From assembly GCA_037131105.1 (NCBI GenBank), contig JBAXRQ010000001.1, positions 258,039 through 322,038 on the forward strand: a stretch of DNA of 64,000 nt. The letters run 5' to 3'. The stretch is from a bacterium (GTDB lineage: Bacteria; Patescibacteriota; UBA1384; CAILIB01). Shown here piece by piece: positions 38,111-48,072 of this stretch. The notes under the pieces are model-generated. The model saw only the letters and a program-made list of their open reading frames with translations. It made no database searches and was not told where the DNA came from. Made by a program: the position numbers and the translations under genes. Position 1 is the first letter of the stretch; every line of letters starts with the position of its first letter.

Positions 38111-39136
38111 ATGGCGGTACCCAGGCTTTTTCTGTTCTACGGTACCGACAGCCGAGCCAGCCGAGCGGCCGTTTCCCAGTGGGAGCGGCTCTTTGCTGAG
38201 AAGCACGGGGATCTCACCCGGTATCTTATTGAGGGTGACGAGCTGAATCCGGCCCAGCTTTCTGCGGGCTTGGCGGAATACCTGCAGGGGCAGACGCTGT
38301 TTCCCGTGCCTCGCTTTATTTTAGTAAAGAGGCTGACCCAGGCCGAGAAGGCCCCTGGCTACGCCAACAGTAAGGCGGCGGCGGCTCTGCTTAAGGAGTC
38401 GCTTGCCCAGCTGGACACCAGCGTGACAGTGGTTCTCTGGGAGCCTTCCAATCTTGCGCCTACCCACCCTTTGTTTAAGCAGATGGCTGCCTGGCAGGAG
38501 CAGGGTATCGCCAAGCTGCGACATTTCCCCCTGCCTACCGAGCGCTCAGTCGCCCAGCTCGCCCACACCTATCTTACTGAGCGCGGATCAGGATTGACCC
38601 AGGACGCTGGCGCATGGCTTCGTCAGGAGTATGCAATGCTCGGCAAGAAGGCCCGTCTGGCCAAGCGTCTGCGTGCCGGAGAGGAGCTCCTTCAGGACGA
38701 ACGGGGTTGGTGGCTGTACCAACTTCTGGATAGCGCTCTCCTGCAAGCTGCGGGTGGTGAGGTCACTCCTGAACACCTGGGGGCCGGACAGGCCGATGCG
38801 TCAGCAGTCGGGGTGTTTGAGGTGGCTACTGCCTTGGCCAACCGACGCTTCGGCGAAGCTCGCCGCCTGCTCAGGCTGTTGGAAGAGGAGGGAGATGACG
38901 GTGTGGTCTTCTCGCTTATCGCCGCCGTTCGCTGGCAGCTTTCCCAGTCCGGTCAGGGCAAACAAGGTCAGGCAGCTTCTCGGCGATTGGCCGAGCTCGA
39001 ACTCATACTTAAGAACTTTTCTCCCAGTCCCTGGTGGCTGCTTGACGTGCTGCTGAACCGCCTAGAGGGAATCGGCATAGACGAGGGGCTGGTTCCGGCT
39101 CGACGCATGTGGCTGGCTCACCTTGCCCGAACCTAG
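38111..39136 (+). CDS. holA: DNA polymerase III delta subunit-like protein
   Basis: LFLFYGTD start, TLF..PRFILVK, VFEVATAL; 341 aa; divergent. Confidence 0.6.
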   Translation: MAVPRLFLFYGTDSRASRAAVSQWERLFAEKHGDLTRYLIEGDELNPAQLSAGLAEYLQGQTLFPVPRFILVKRLTQAEKAPGYANSKAAAALLKESLAQLDTSVTVVLWEPSNLAPTHPLFKQMAAWQEQGIAKLRHFPLPTERSVAQLAHTYLTERGSGLTQDAGAWLRQEYAMLGKKARLAKRLRAGEELLQDERGWWLYQLLDSALLQAAGGEVTPEHLGAGQADASAVGVFEVATALANRRFGEARRLLRLLEEEGDDGVVFSLIAAVRWQLSQSGQGKQGQAASRRLAELELILKNFSPSPWWLLDVLLNRLEGIGIDEGLVPARRMWLAHLART

Positions 39137-39214
39137 AGACGTCCTGGCCTCTCGTTGTCATGAGGATCAAAGTGTGCGACCATAGTAATGAACAATCCCT
39201 GTAATACCCGGTCT

Positions 39215-39679
39215 ATGAAGCGCATCCTTGTGGTTGAAGACGAGCAGACCCTGGCCGACATCATCGGTATTAAGCTTAAGGAAGAGCAGTTCGAGGTTGA
39301 CCATGCCTACGATGGCGAGCAGGCTTATCAGGCTCTTATCAAGTCCAATCTTCCTGACCTGGTACTTCTCGACGTGCTGCTACCCAAGATGAGCGGTTTC
39401 GATGTCCTGCAAAAGCTTAAGGACGAGAAGAAGCCATTGCCAAAGATCATAGTATTCTCAAACTTCGCCCAGCAGTCCGATATCGATAAGGCCCGTTCAT
39501 TGGGTGCCGTCGACTATATCGTCAAGGCAGCCTTCTCGCCTGCTGAGATCCTCAGCAAGATCAAAGCGGTATTTGCCCAGGAAGGTGCCGCCGCACCTGC
39601 CCAGAACTTCGATTCTATGGAAGATGTGAAACCGATGGCCGAAGTACTCCGTCCTGGGGAGCCCAACAACAACGAATAA
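39215..39679 (+). CDS. Single-domain response regulator
   Basis: ILVVEDE, LLDVLLPKMSG, DYIVK. Confidence 0.9.
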   Translation: MKRILVVEDEQTLADIIGIKLKEEQFEVDHAYDGEQAYQALIKSNLPDLVLLDVLLPKMSGFDVLQKLKDEKKPLPKIIVFSNFAQQSDIDKARSLGAVDYIVKAAFSPAEILSKIKAVFAQEGAAAPAQNFDSMEDVKPMAEVLRPGEPNNNE

Positions 39680-39705
39680 CGTCTAGAGCATCTAAGGAGG
39701 GGGAT

Positions 39706-40314
39706 ATGAAGCAGGCCTACGAGGATCTGATTGCTCACATCCAAACCCTGGAAGCAGGGAAGGATGACCTTGAAGGTCAGAATCGGGCCCTTGCGCATCG
39801 TTTGCAGCTAGAGCAAAGGCAGGTCTCACTGTTGGAGCATCAGGCACGCACAGTGCGGCAACTGGTCAAGGATCTGGTCAGCCAACGGGACCCTGGATCA
39901 GTGCTTTCTCATGTTTGTACGATACTGGTGCATGAACTGGGCTGGGACACCTCGTTTGTAGTCGTGGGTGAGGCTGACGTAATAAAGGTCGCGGCCTCAT
40001 ACCAGGCGACTACCTCTCAACTGGGAAATGTACGCAAGCATCTCGGACAAGCCCATCCGTATCTCAATTCACTTTCAGCCGGCCACTCTTTTACGACACT
40101 CGACTCGAGTGAGAAGGACGCGCTATTACTCCGTTCGGTTTTTTGTACCGACGAAGTGGTATTGGTACCACTTGCCTGCTCCGGGAAGACCTACGGTACC
40201 ATCGCTGTCTGTGCTCATACTCACCCCAGACATGAAGGAGTACATCGTGATGTGCGGTTCCTTAGTGAAGTGGCCGATATTATTGCTTGTTCTCTGTTCG
40301 TTTCTGAACGATAA
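39706..40314 (+). CDS. Coiled-coil + GAF-domain protein
   Basis: VLVPL...YGTIAV...FLSEVADIIA GAF-like C-terminus. Confidence 0.65.
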   Translation: MKQAYEDLIAHIQTLEAGKDDLEGQNRALAHRLQLEQRQVSLLEHQARTVRQLVKDLVSQRDPGSVLSHVCTILVHELGWDTSFVVVGEADVIKVAASYQATTSQLGNVRKHLGQAHPYLNSLSAGHSFTTLDSSEKDALLLRSVFCTDEVVLVPLACSGKTYGTIAVCAHTHPRHEGVHRDVRFLSEVADIIACSLFVSER

Positions 40315-40594
40315 GGCCGATAAGTAGGGATAGGAGGATCCAGCTTACTGCATACCAGATGAGGCCGGGAAGCCAGGTGAATCCTACTCCGACCTGCCCT
40401 TCTCCGATTGGGGTACGTGTGATACGCATCAATTCTAATGACCCTATAGCCACCAGCCTTTCCGAGGCTGTTTTTGGAAAGGTAAAGGATTGCCACAGTA
40501 GGAGTGTAGTTAGGCTGAGTCCCGCGCCGGTAAGACCCCAGGTTATTGCCCTGGTGAAGAGTTGTTGAAGCGGGCTTCGGTTAAATATGTCCAT
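40280..40594 (-). CDS. Small membrane protein (candidate immunity/accessory)
   Basis: Two TMs; last gene of an overlapping five-gene operon. Confidence 0.6.
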   Translation of the reverse strand: MDIFNRSPLQQLFTRAITWGLTGAGLSLTTLLLWQSFTFPKTASERLVAIGSLELMRITRTPIGEGQVGVGFTWLPGLIWYAVSWILLSLLIGLIVQKRTENKQ

Positions 40595-41927
40595 AGGATC
40601 GTATTCTTAGTGATTCGATATAGTGAGAAGCCAAAAGTGTGAGAGGTATAGATGTGGCGAGAATGGCTAGTTGCATGACTGGTATTGAGAAATAAAAGGC
40701 GCCTTTTGCCAGGAGATAGCAGGCAGTCGCAGAAAAACTGACCGACAATAACTGACCTCCCACATCTCGTGGCGGAGGGGCTACCAGAGACCCAACTGCG
40801 ATTCCCAGACTACAAGCTGCCAGTTGCGACATGAGGTAGATGGCTATGACGTGGGCAGGCGTCCAACCTCCAGAGTGTAGAAGTACCAGAATAAAGGGTA
40901 GACAGGTGATGGAAGTAGCTACTAGTGAGCCACGTAGTTGCGAACGAATGAGAAAGAAAGGCCCTGCTAGCGAGAAGACTTCGGCCGCCTTGTGACGCGG
41001 GACCAGGCTTCGTAGTTCTCCGGCTAGGCCGCCAGCGGCCGACATGGAAATGGTTATCCAGATGATCTCGAGGCCTGCTATTGCTGATTGTCTCTCGGCA
41101 GTACTTGCCAGAAAAAGAGCGGCAATTAAAAGAAACGATACATCGGTAAGACTACTGCGGTTACGAAGAATCTTGAGAACGTACCAAAACGCTTGGAGCG
41201 TCGTCTTCGGCAGAGAAATGAGTATGAGAGATGGAGAGGTAGGTAGGTAATTTCCCGGCTTTTCGAGATAGCTGGGTATCAGACCGAGGATGGGAAGAAT
41301 AAGGAGTGAAATTAGCAGGTAGGGCGCTGTCTCCCGTGATATGTGGTGCCAAAAAGTTAGTTCACCGCTAAGCAGTCTCACGCCAATAGCGGTACCACCT
41401 ACCAAGATCAGGGGCTTTGTCATTCGTAGAAGAGTGTGGTGGATAGGCCACAAAACAAAGCACAATCCTGCGAAGCAACCGTACAAACAGAAGCTTGCGC
41501 TTAGCAGGTAGGAAGTTGTGACCGCGTGCGCGAAGGCCAGGCTAAGGGGAAGGCAAAAGATAGCTATGACCATAGTGAGGACAAAGCTGGGAAGCAGTCG
41601 TATCGCCCAGCTGGTAAGAGGCGGTACGGGAAGTATCGCTAGGTGTCGGCCAAGATTGTCTGAGCCTTTGCTGATTCCTGATATACGAACCAGAGAAAGT
41701 ACGGAAGATGATATAAAGAAACTTGTTACCAGTATCACGGCCAGTATCCAGATAAGAGGCGCGGATATTCCCAGGTTTGACTCCCAGATCTGGCGGGAAA
41801 GAAGGCTACTGATCGTCAGTGCTCCCAAAGTGAGGACTACAAGACTGATGGTGAGCTTACGTATGGGCTGAGCACTGCCACTGCCGAGAGAGGTAATCAG
41901 ACTCGTAGAAGTAAGCTGGCTACTCAT
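40581..41927 (-). CDS. ABC exporter permease
   Basis: About 12 TM segments; overlaps the ABC ATPase stop codon. Confidence 0.75.
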   Translation of the reverse strand: MSSQLTSTSLITSLGSGSAQPIRKLTISLVVLTLGALTISSLLSRQIWESNLGISAPLIWILAVILVTSFFISSSVLSLVRISGISKGSDNLGRHLAILPVPPLTSWAIRLLPSFVLTMVIAIFCLPLSLAFAHAVTTSYLLSASFCLYGCFAGLCFVLWPIHHTLLRMTKPLILVGGTAIGVRLLSGELTFWHHISRETAPYLLISLLILPILGLIPSYLEKPGNYLPTSPSLILISLPKTTLQAFWYVLKILRNRSSLTDVSFLLIAALFLASTAERQSAIAGLEIIWITISMSAAGGLAGELRSLVPRHKAAEVFSLAGPFFLIRSQLRGSLVATSITCLPFILVLLHSGGWTPAHVIAIYLMSQLAACSLGIAVGSLVAPPPRDVGGQLLSVSFSATACYLLAKGAFYFSIPVMQLAILATSIPLTLLASHYIESLRIRSYGHI

Positions 41928-42675
41928 GAATTCCTCCCGCACAAAGTTCGAGGAAGCAGTTCTCGAGGCTGCCCCATTCTTCCTGTATCCTCGCTGTCTT
42001 TTCTCTTAACACGATATCGCCATCTGCTAGTATGGCTACCTGATCAGAAAAGCGCTCAGCCCACCAAAGATCGTGGGTGGCGGCTAATACCGCTGTCCCT
42101 GCTTGTGCCTCTGCCTGGACCAGGCGTTCAGCTACCCTAATGACTATGGGGTCCAGACCGTTTCGTAACTCGTCTACAATGAGAACCTTGGGGCGCCTCA
42201 TGAGGGCGGCAATTATCTGTACTTTTTTTCGGTTGCCGTGGCTCAGTGCCCCGGTTTGCATGTCGATGGCATTGAAATCAAGGAGTGATGAAAGCTCTGT
42301 CGTTCGTTTCTCAAGCGTTTTCTCCTCTTCTTTTGGTGCAAGCGAAATGAGTAGCTTGAAATATTCGGCAGCTGTCAGCTCCGGGATTATCCAACTGTCA
42401 TCGTCAGGTATGTAACCTACGTGCCGTTTAGCTTCGATCTGTCTGCCATCCTGTACGTATCCATTAATCCGGATCTCTCCCCCTTGGGGAGTCACTAGTC
42501 CGGTCAATCCTTCGAGAAAGGTGGTTTTACCGCAGCCATTGGCTCCTACTAATGAGGTTATCTTCCCAGAGAGAAGTTCAAAATGAGGGATGGCAAGGGT
42601 AAAGCTTCGGCTACGGCGAATTACGAGCGAGGAAACCGTTAGAAGGGGGCTTGGATTACGAGACAGATGTGACAT
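41920..42675 (-). CDS. ABC transporter ATP-binding protein
   Basis: GANGCGKTT, LSHGNRKK, LIVDE, ATHD; start at MSHLSR. Confidence 0.93.
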   Translation of the reverse strand: MSHLSRNPSPLLTVSSLVIRRSRSFTLAIPHFELLSGKITSLVGANGCGKTTFLEGLTGLVTPQGGEIRINGYVQDGRQIEAKRHVGYIPDDDSWIIPELTAAEYFKLLISLAPKEEEKTLEKRTTELSSLLDFNAIDMQTGALSHGNRKKVQIIAALMRRPKVLIVDELRNGLDPIVIRVAERLVQAEAQAGTAVLAATHDLWWAERFSDQVAILADGDIVLREKTARIQEEWGSLENCFLELCAGGIHE

Positions 42676-43516
42676 GAGCAGTTCGCTTGAATAAGGTAAG
42701 TAGTGACCTGCCGTCGCCATAGAACGGTAGTAGACTGGCAAGATGTAGTAGGGCGATGGCTTGACCTGCGAAAAGCACACCGGGAAGGGCACTAGCGCGA
42801 GAAACTAACATACTTGTAAGTATACTAACGCCGGCACCTGCCAATGGACCAACTAGTCCTGTGACCGCCTCAACCCACATGTCTAGCGGTGGATGTAATA
42901 TAGCCAGTCGCATACCTCTTCGCAGTACACAGATGGCAGGGTGGTAGCGGCGAAGGATGATGACGTGAGCGTATTCATGTGCGACCAAGCCCATAAACAG
43001 TACCGGTAGGCTCGGTAGAAGCCAGGGTATGGCAGCTGTTGGAAGAACCAGGCTGAGTAGTAGGGCCATAGCCGGGGTGACCAGCCATAGAAGCAGCATT
43101 GCCTGGAAGACTGAAGAACTGATTCCTTTAATAGTTGCTGACCGTCGGACAGCAACCTGAAGAGGCGGGGCGCCGAGGTACAGGAGACTGGCCTTTCGCA
43201 TAAACATTTCTCCCTGCTGAGTCAAACTTCTCCGTATGCTTATACCTCCGATTGTTCCCAGAAACAAAAGGATCTGCCGGGATTCCTTTTCGGAAATATT
43301 ATAACTATCCAGATCAGTGAGCCATTCAGAGACAGAGCTAATTCTTTCGAGCGAGACCAAGGCCTTTCCTGCCCGGACATGCAGCTTGTGCCGTGCGAGC
43401 GTGGCATCGTCCACTAGTTCTCCCTTCTCCACCCGGAGGCCGGGGGAGAGGGAGATGCTGTCGCCAGCGGTAAGCAAGCCGCCACTCCAGCGATAGGGGT
43501 CTATCAGCGTCGACAT
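42656..43516 (-). CDS. Site-2-protease-like (M50) membrane metalloprotease with putative N-terminal RRE/PqqD-like domain
   Basis: AHEYAH (HExxH) within a TM region, GPLAG, SLLPFYGDG; N-terminal ~95 aa with a strand-then-three-helix pattern. Confidence 0.65.
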   Translation of the reverse strand: MSTLIDPYRWSGGLLTAGDSISLSPGLRVEKGELVDDATLARHKLHVRAGKALVSLERISSVSEWLTDLDSYNISEKESRQILLFLGTIGGISIRRSLTQQGEMFMRKASLLYLGAPPLQVAVRRSATIKGISSSVFQAMLLLWLVTPAMALLLSLVLPTAAIPWLLPSLPVLFMGLVAHEYAHVIILRRYHPAICVLRRGMRLAILHPPLDMWVEAVTGLVGPLAGAGVSILTSMLVSRASALPGVLFAGQAIALLHLASLLPFYGDGRSLLTLFKRTAHVTSVS

Positions 43517-43707
43517 AGGAAGGTAGCCTTGCCATGTACCCAATCAATACTTACTGACTCGGCTCCACGCCACCCACAGATGGCAATCGCAGCTAAGGCA
43601 ACACTTCCCAAGACTAGTACATACGCCAGGGCGGCAACGATTATCACGGCTACTTCTTTTATCTGATACTGCGCCATTTGGTCGGTAGCGATCATCGTCT
43701 CCTGCAT
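43504..43707 (-). CDS. Putative RiPP/bacteriocin precursor peptide (67 aa)
   Basis: Strong GAAAGGAG RBS; polar leader, long hydrophobic core, two Cys; first gene of the protease-ABC operon. Confidence 0.65.
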   Translation of the reverse strand: MQETMIATDQMAQYQIKEVAVIIVAALAYVLVLGSVALAAIAICGWRGAESVSIDWVHGKATFLCRR

Positions 43708-43966
43708 GGTGCTCCTTTCAGTTAACGGGCGGGTAAGAGCATGCCAAGCCATGGCTTGGTCCTTCCGATCGGTGGCGAGGCCTAGGCGCCTGGAATCACC
43801 CTACCCTTTGCTGATAGGAGCTGGCTAGCTAGTTCGATTTTGTAGAAATCAAACTAGCTGAACTTTCATATTGGAAAGGGCCCAACCGACCATATTCGCA
43901 TAGTACGTCATCAAGATTAACTTTTTATTAAACGTGAAAACCGCCTCGACACAGTATCATATTCTG

Positions 43967-44773
43967 TTAGGCGTTTAGTGCCTTCAGGCAGGCCTCAATG
44001 CCTTCCCTTTGGTTCTTCCAGTCCGAGCCCCAGCGTACCGCCGCCTCGATTTCTACATAGGCAATGCCCTGCTCGTCACACCATTCCTTGGCGGTGCCGG
44101 TTTGGCCAAGCTGGTTCCATTCCTCTAACGTGCCGAGGGTATACCCGCTGGCCTTGCTAAATATGTCAGCCAGCTTCTGGGCCTTGCTGTTGTCATTCCC
44201 CATGACGTCGCGCCCGGCGCTATGGAAACCGAAGTAATAGTCGATGTGCTGCTGGGTAATAAACAGAGTAAGGGCCTTGATCTCGGGCTCTGACCTGCCC
44301 CGCTCACCGCAGTACACAGCTGTCTTCTCCTGGTAATCCTTACCGTGGGTCCAGGCTGAGGTCTTTTGGAAGCTGCGGGTGGGGAAGTTGCGGTTCAAAT
44401 CGACGCCGTGGGCGTTTAGTCGGCCTCTGCGGCCGAAGTTATGGAAATCAGGGTGTCGAAGTGCCACTGCCTGCCCGTCAGGGTTAAGACAGGGGACTAC
44501 AAAAAACGTACACTTTTTGTACTCGTCGCGGTGATCACCAAGCCAGGTGATAAGATGGCGGGCAAGCTTGGTAGTGCCGACTTCATTGCCATGGATGGCT
44601 GCAACGAGTAGTATCTTTCGGGGACCGTTGCCGATCCGAAAATAGGGGATTTCACGGTTTTCCAGGGACATGCCAAGCAGCCCAGTACTGGCAGGTAAGA
44701 GCGGCACCCGTTCAAAAAGGGTGTCTCGGACTCCTGTGATGCCCCGTCGGATTCTGCCCAGGATCTTTCTCAT
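43967..44773 (-). CDS. M14 zinc carboxypeptidase (murein peptide amidase A-like)
   Basis: IHGNE, LNPDG, VDLNRNFP, SEPE, FHS motifs. Confidence 0.9.
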   Translation of the reverse strand: MRKILGRIRRGITGVRDTLFERVPLLPASTGLLGMSLENREIPYFRIGNGPRKILLVAAIHGNEVGTTKLARHLITWLGDHRDEYKKCTFFVVPCLNPDGQAVALRHPDFHNFGRRGRLNAHGVDLNRNFPTRSFQKTSAWTHGKDYQEKTAVYCGERGRSEPEIKALTLFITQQHIDYYFGFHSAGRDVMGNDNSKAQKLADIFSKASGYTLGTLEEWNQLGQTGTAKEWCDEQGIAYVEIEAAVRWGSDWKNQREGIEACLKALNA

Positions 44774-44822
44774 GGAAGTGAGCTACGGTATGTCCTTACC
44801 ATACGGGTAGGAGGCAAAAGTT

Positions 44823-45056
44823 TCAACGAGTGAGCATATAAAACGACATGCCCTCAGCCGGCGTGGCAAAGGGCATTGGTGATGGGGGCTCGTTGCGGCA
44901 TCGTGCGGCGCAGTCGGGCCTGTACTCGAGGATGAGCGCGTATGCTTTCTCAAAGTTACTCGGACTGTTTCGAACCGTTATCCAGAAGAATTGCACGATT
45001 GAGTCGTTGGTAAACGCGGCGATCTTAACGTGCTGATTAAACCTGCTCAAAAACAT
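44823..45056 (-). CDS. Hypothetical protein
   Basis: AAGGAGG RBS and an upstream TTGACA. Confidence 0.4.
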   Translation of the reverse strand: MFLSRFNQHVKIAAFTNDSIVQFFWITVRNSPSNFEKAYALILEYRPDCAARCRNEPPSPMPFATPAEGMSFYMLTR

Positions 45057-45207
45057 GGCAACCTCCTTGTTGTCGAGGCGGTCATATATAAAATCTGCCT
45101 ACATGTCAATCGTAGTCCTACCAGCCCCAATGTGGGTGTGATGAAAAATGAAAAACCACAGGTGCATGCTGCTGCCTGTGGCTTCCCAATGGTTCGATAT
45201 TTTGCCG

Positions 45208-45690
45208 TTAGGCTCCGTCTGCATAATTGCCGAACGGCGGGCGACCCAGCAAGCCCTCCGGTGCCGCTACTGGCGCCCTGTCAGTGTAAAGCTGAAGGGG
45301 GCTCCTTTTCAGTGAGGGCTGCTGTTCTGCCGGGGGTTGCGCCCCCTCCGGGTGGAGTTCCTGAAAGCTCGGCTTCCCCATCTTCTCCAGGCGAGCAGCC
45401 AGTTCCGTCGTCGTCACCAGGACGCCGCTCTCGGCCAGTATGGCAGTGGCTGACATTACTTGGTCGCGCATCCCGATGAGCGCGATCTCCTGCTCTCCCA
45501 GGGCTGCGAACTCGGCTAGGCCGAGTCGCTGCTCGAGGTTCACGGGGATCCGGCGGGCCTCGGCTTCAGCCAGCATTGCCAACACGACGTTGGCATACCA
45601 GGTGAGGTCCCGACCCATCTGGGCGATGTACCCAAGGACCTCTTCCGTTGTCATGGGAGCCTGCGCTCCGCGGTTGTTTTCAGTAGTCAT
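45208..45690 (-). CDS. Hypothetical protein
   Basis: 160-aa ORF, GAGGAG RBS, upstream TTGACA-17-TATTAT promoter at 45871-45843. Confidence 0.65.
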   Translation of the reverse strand: MTTENNRGAQAPMTTEEVLGYIAQMGRDLTWYANVVLAMLAEAEARRIPVNLEQRLGLAEFAALGEQEIALIGMRDQVMSATAILAESGVLVTTTELAARLEKMGKPSFQELHPEGAQPPAEQQPSLKRSPLQLYTDRAPVAAPEGLLGRPPFGNYADGA

Positions 45691-45889
45691 CTCTCATCTC
45701 CTCAAAGTGGCTATACGCGGCCTGCGCGCCCATCATTGCTGACGGGTAAATGCTGTACTATCTCAGCTCATCCGGTATGGACGGGCTTATCTAGGTACTT
45801 TGGTTAAGTAGCCAGATAAGCGCGGCCAGCTGGTGATGGGAAATAATACCACAAAAATAGTGCTATGTCAATCCTATTATAAGAAACCC

Positions 45890-46907
45890 GAATTCAATAC
45901 CTAATGCACCACCTGTCTGCTACAACTGGTGCATATGAAACACCTAACATCCTACGAGAGAGAACAGATCGCCTACTGGAAGAGCCAAGGCCTTGGTGTG
46001 CGGGACATCGCGGGAAAGGTGAGCCGTGACCACTCGGTGGTGAGCCGGGAACTGAGGAGAAACAAAGGTCAGCTCTTTCCCTACGAGGCGGCAAACGCCC
46101 AGTACTACGCTGAGCGCAGAAGGAGGATCGCCAACCGCCCGAAGCTTTCCAAGCACCGGGAACTTAAGGAGTGGGTACATGACCAGCTCATGCAAAAGTG
46201 GAGTCCGGAACAAATTGCGGGCCGGCTCAAAGAACACCCTCCCGTCCACCTTGCGGGACTCACCATTAGCCACGAGGCCATCTACCAGTGGATCTACGCC
46301 GAGTCTCCCCGGGGCGCTCCCTGGCTCTACCACCACTTGCGCAGAAAGCACGTTGAGCGGCGGCCAAAGTTCGGTAGGAAGAAGAGAAACCAGGTTAAGA
46401 TACCGGAGCTGGTGCCCATTTCGGAGCGTGGGGAACTAGAGGGGTTCGGCCACTTCGAGGCCGACTCTGTAGTCGGCAAGAACCACAAGCCAGGCCTTTC
46501 CGTCCACTACGAGAAAGCCACTCAGTGGACAAAGCTGCACAAGTTAGAGAGCATGAAGGCTGAGGAGACCCTGGCTGCGCTGGAGGGCACCCTCGCCGAC
46601 CTGCCCCTGGGGTTCGCGGCCTCGGTCACGTTCGACCGGGGCGGCGAGACCGCCCTCCACTACCGCCTGAGGGAGTCCTACGGCGTCGCCACCTACCACT
46701 GCGACCCGTACAGCCCCCACCAGAAGGGAGGGGTAGAGAACGTGAACGGCCTGGTCCGCCAGTTCTTTCCCAAGGGCACCGACTTCCGGTATGTTAGTCC
46801 CGAGACGGTCGCCCTGGTAGAGGATCTCCTCAACAACCGGCCCAGGAAGAAACTGAACTACCAAACCCCTAACGAAGCCATGAGTGGTGCATTAGATTCT
46901 TGAATTC
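45890..46907 (+). mobile_element. IS30-family insertion sequence
   Basis: Terminal inverted repeats GAATTCAATACCTAATGCACCAC (45890-45912) / GTGGTGCATTAGATTCTTGAATTC (46884-46907). Confidence 0.9.
45935..46903 (+). CDS. IS30-family transposase
   Basis: HLTSYEREQI HTH, WSPEQIAGRL, GHFEAD, TFDRG, ENVNGLVRQFFPKG, LNNRPRK. Confidence 0.95.
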   Translation: MKHLTSYEREQIAYWKSQGLGVRDIAGKVSRDHSVVSRELRRNKGQLFPYEAANAQYYAERRRRIANRPKLSKHRELKEWVHDQLMQKWSPEQIAGRLKEHPPVHLAGLTISHEAIYQWIYAESPRGAPWLYHHLRRKHVERRPKFGRKKRNQVKIPELVPISERGELEGFGHFEADSVVGKNHKPGLSVHYEKATQWTKLHKLESMKAEETLAALEGTLADLPLGFAASVTFDRGGETALHYRLRESYGVATYHCDPYSPHQKGGVENVNGLVRQFFPKGTDFRYVSPETVALVEDLLNNRPRKKLNYQTPNEAMSGALDS

Positions 46908-47547
46908 ACCATATCCTGCCTATGCTGATTTCCAAGACTATAAGGCTGAAATAGTGGATACGGAAGAGGAGATACTCCGTAAGAGTTTCCAGTATTTAGA
47001 CTGGGCAAATCAGTATCTTGAGCACGTCTCCAGTAATGAAGATGTAAGTAAGGTTATCCAATCTAGTCTTATGCACCTAAAGATAGTAACTCTCTACTTT
47101 ATTGGGCCGGGACTTTCTGCAGCAGTCATCCCTTTAACTCACATTGAAATTCCTGGATTATTTTCTGTAACAGAGAGTCCCTATGGGGTGCGAGACATTC
47201 GTACAAGCTCTAATAACTCGAAGTTGCGTCATGTTAAGGGTAAGACCCAACCATACTGCATACTAAGGATGGTTGCCGAACAATACCAGAGAAATACTTG
47301 GAAAGGGGAGCGTCCAGACAGGATAGAGCTTGCCTATGAGGATATTATTGCCCGATTGAAGGATGCCGAATACTGTTCTTTCCCCATTAAGAAGGACATT
47401 GCCAAACTGCCGTATGACCATCTAACCGACTTATTGTACGAGGTAAAAAGGATAATCTCATTTACTGAAACCCAGGCAAAAGTAACCCAAGCGAATAAAA
47501 AAGTCCGTCTTGTATTCCTGATCCCCAAAAGCGGAGCAGGGAAGTAG
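46900..47547 (+). CDS. Hypothetical island protein, possibly 5'-truncated by IS30
   Basis: AT-rich ORF whose only upstream start lies inside the IS right end. Confidence 0.5.
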   Translation: MNSPYPAYADFQDYKAEIVDTEEEILRKSFQYLDWANQYLEHVSSNEDVSKVIQSSLMHLKIVTLYFIGPGLSAAVIPLTHIEIPGLFSVTESPYGVRDIRTSSNNSKLRHVKGKTQPYCILRMVAEQYQRNTWKGERPDRIELAYEDIIARLKDAEYCSFPIKKDIAKLPYDHLTDLLYEVKRIISFTETQAKVTQANKKVRLVFLIPKSGAGK

Positions 47548-47904
47548 AGTAGTTCCGCCACTTCCGCCACTGAAATGGATAGCCTTTTATAGGTTATTTT
47601 TTGAATTCTTGACAAAGTGTAATCCCGCTATAGAGGTGGAGTTAGTCGTAAGGACTCTACTAGCCGGAGTGACAGGAAGACTATAAGCAGACCTGTCTAG
47701 GGAGCTGGCCGACCGGAATCAACTATACGGATACCTATCACGAACCGAATAATCTTCTTCTTTTCAGGATTTCTTCTTCTACCGCACCGTACTCGCTACC
47801 GCTCATACGTTGCTGGGACTGGATAACCTAGGATGGGATTCGGGACGGAGGGGAAACGGCTAGGAGTGAAGGGAGGGCCTCCATCTTACCCAAAGCGAAG
47901 CCCT

Positions 47905-48072
47905 ATGCGTCGACAAGTCAACAAACAGACTAAACAACTTAGGGTTTCGGTAGAGCTCCATAAAAAGTTGCGGCTTGAGGCTGCAAAAAAGTGTGTTCCT
48001 ATGGGTGAAATTCTTGTGGAAGTGCTTGAGGGCACATACCTCGATAGTCGTAACTTAAAGGCGAAGAAATGA
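47905..48072 (+). CDS. Small ribbon-helix-helix-like DNA-binding protein
   Basis: KQLRVSVELHKKLRLEAAKK..MGEIL pattern. Confidence 0.6.
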   Translation: MRRQVNKQTKQLRVSVELHKKLRLEAAKKCVPMGEILVEVLEGTYLDSRNLKAKK

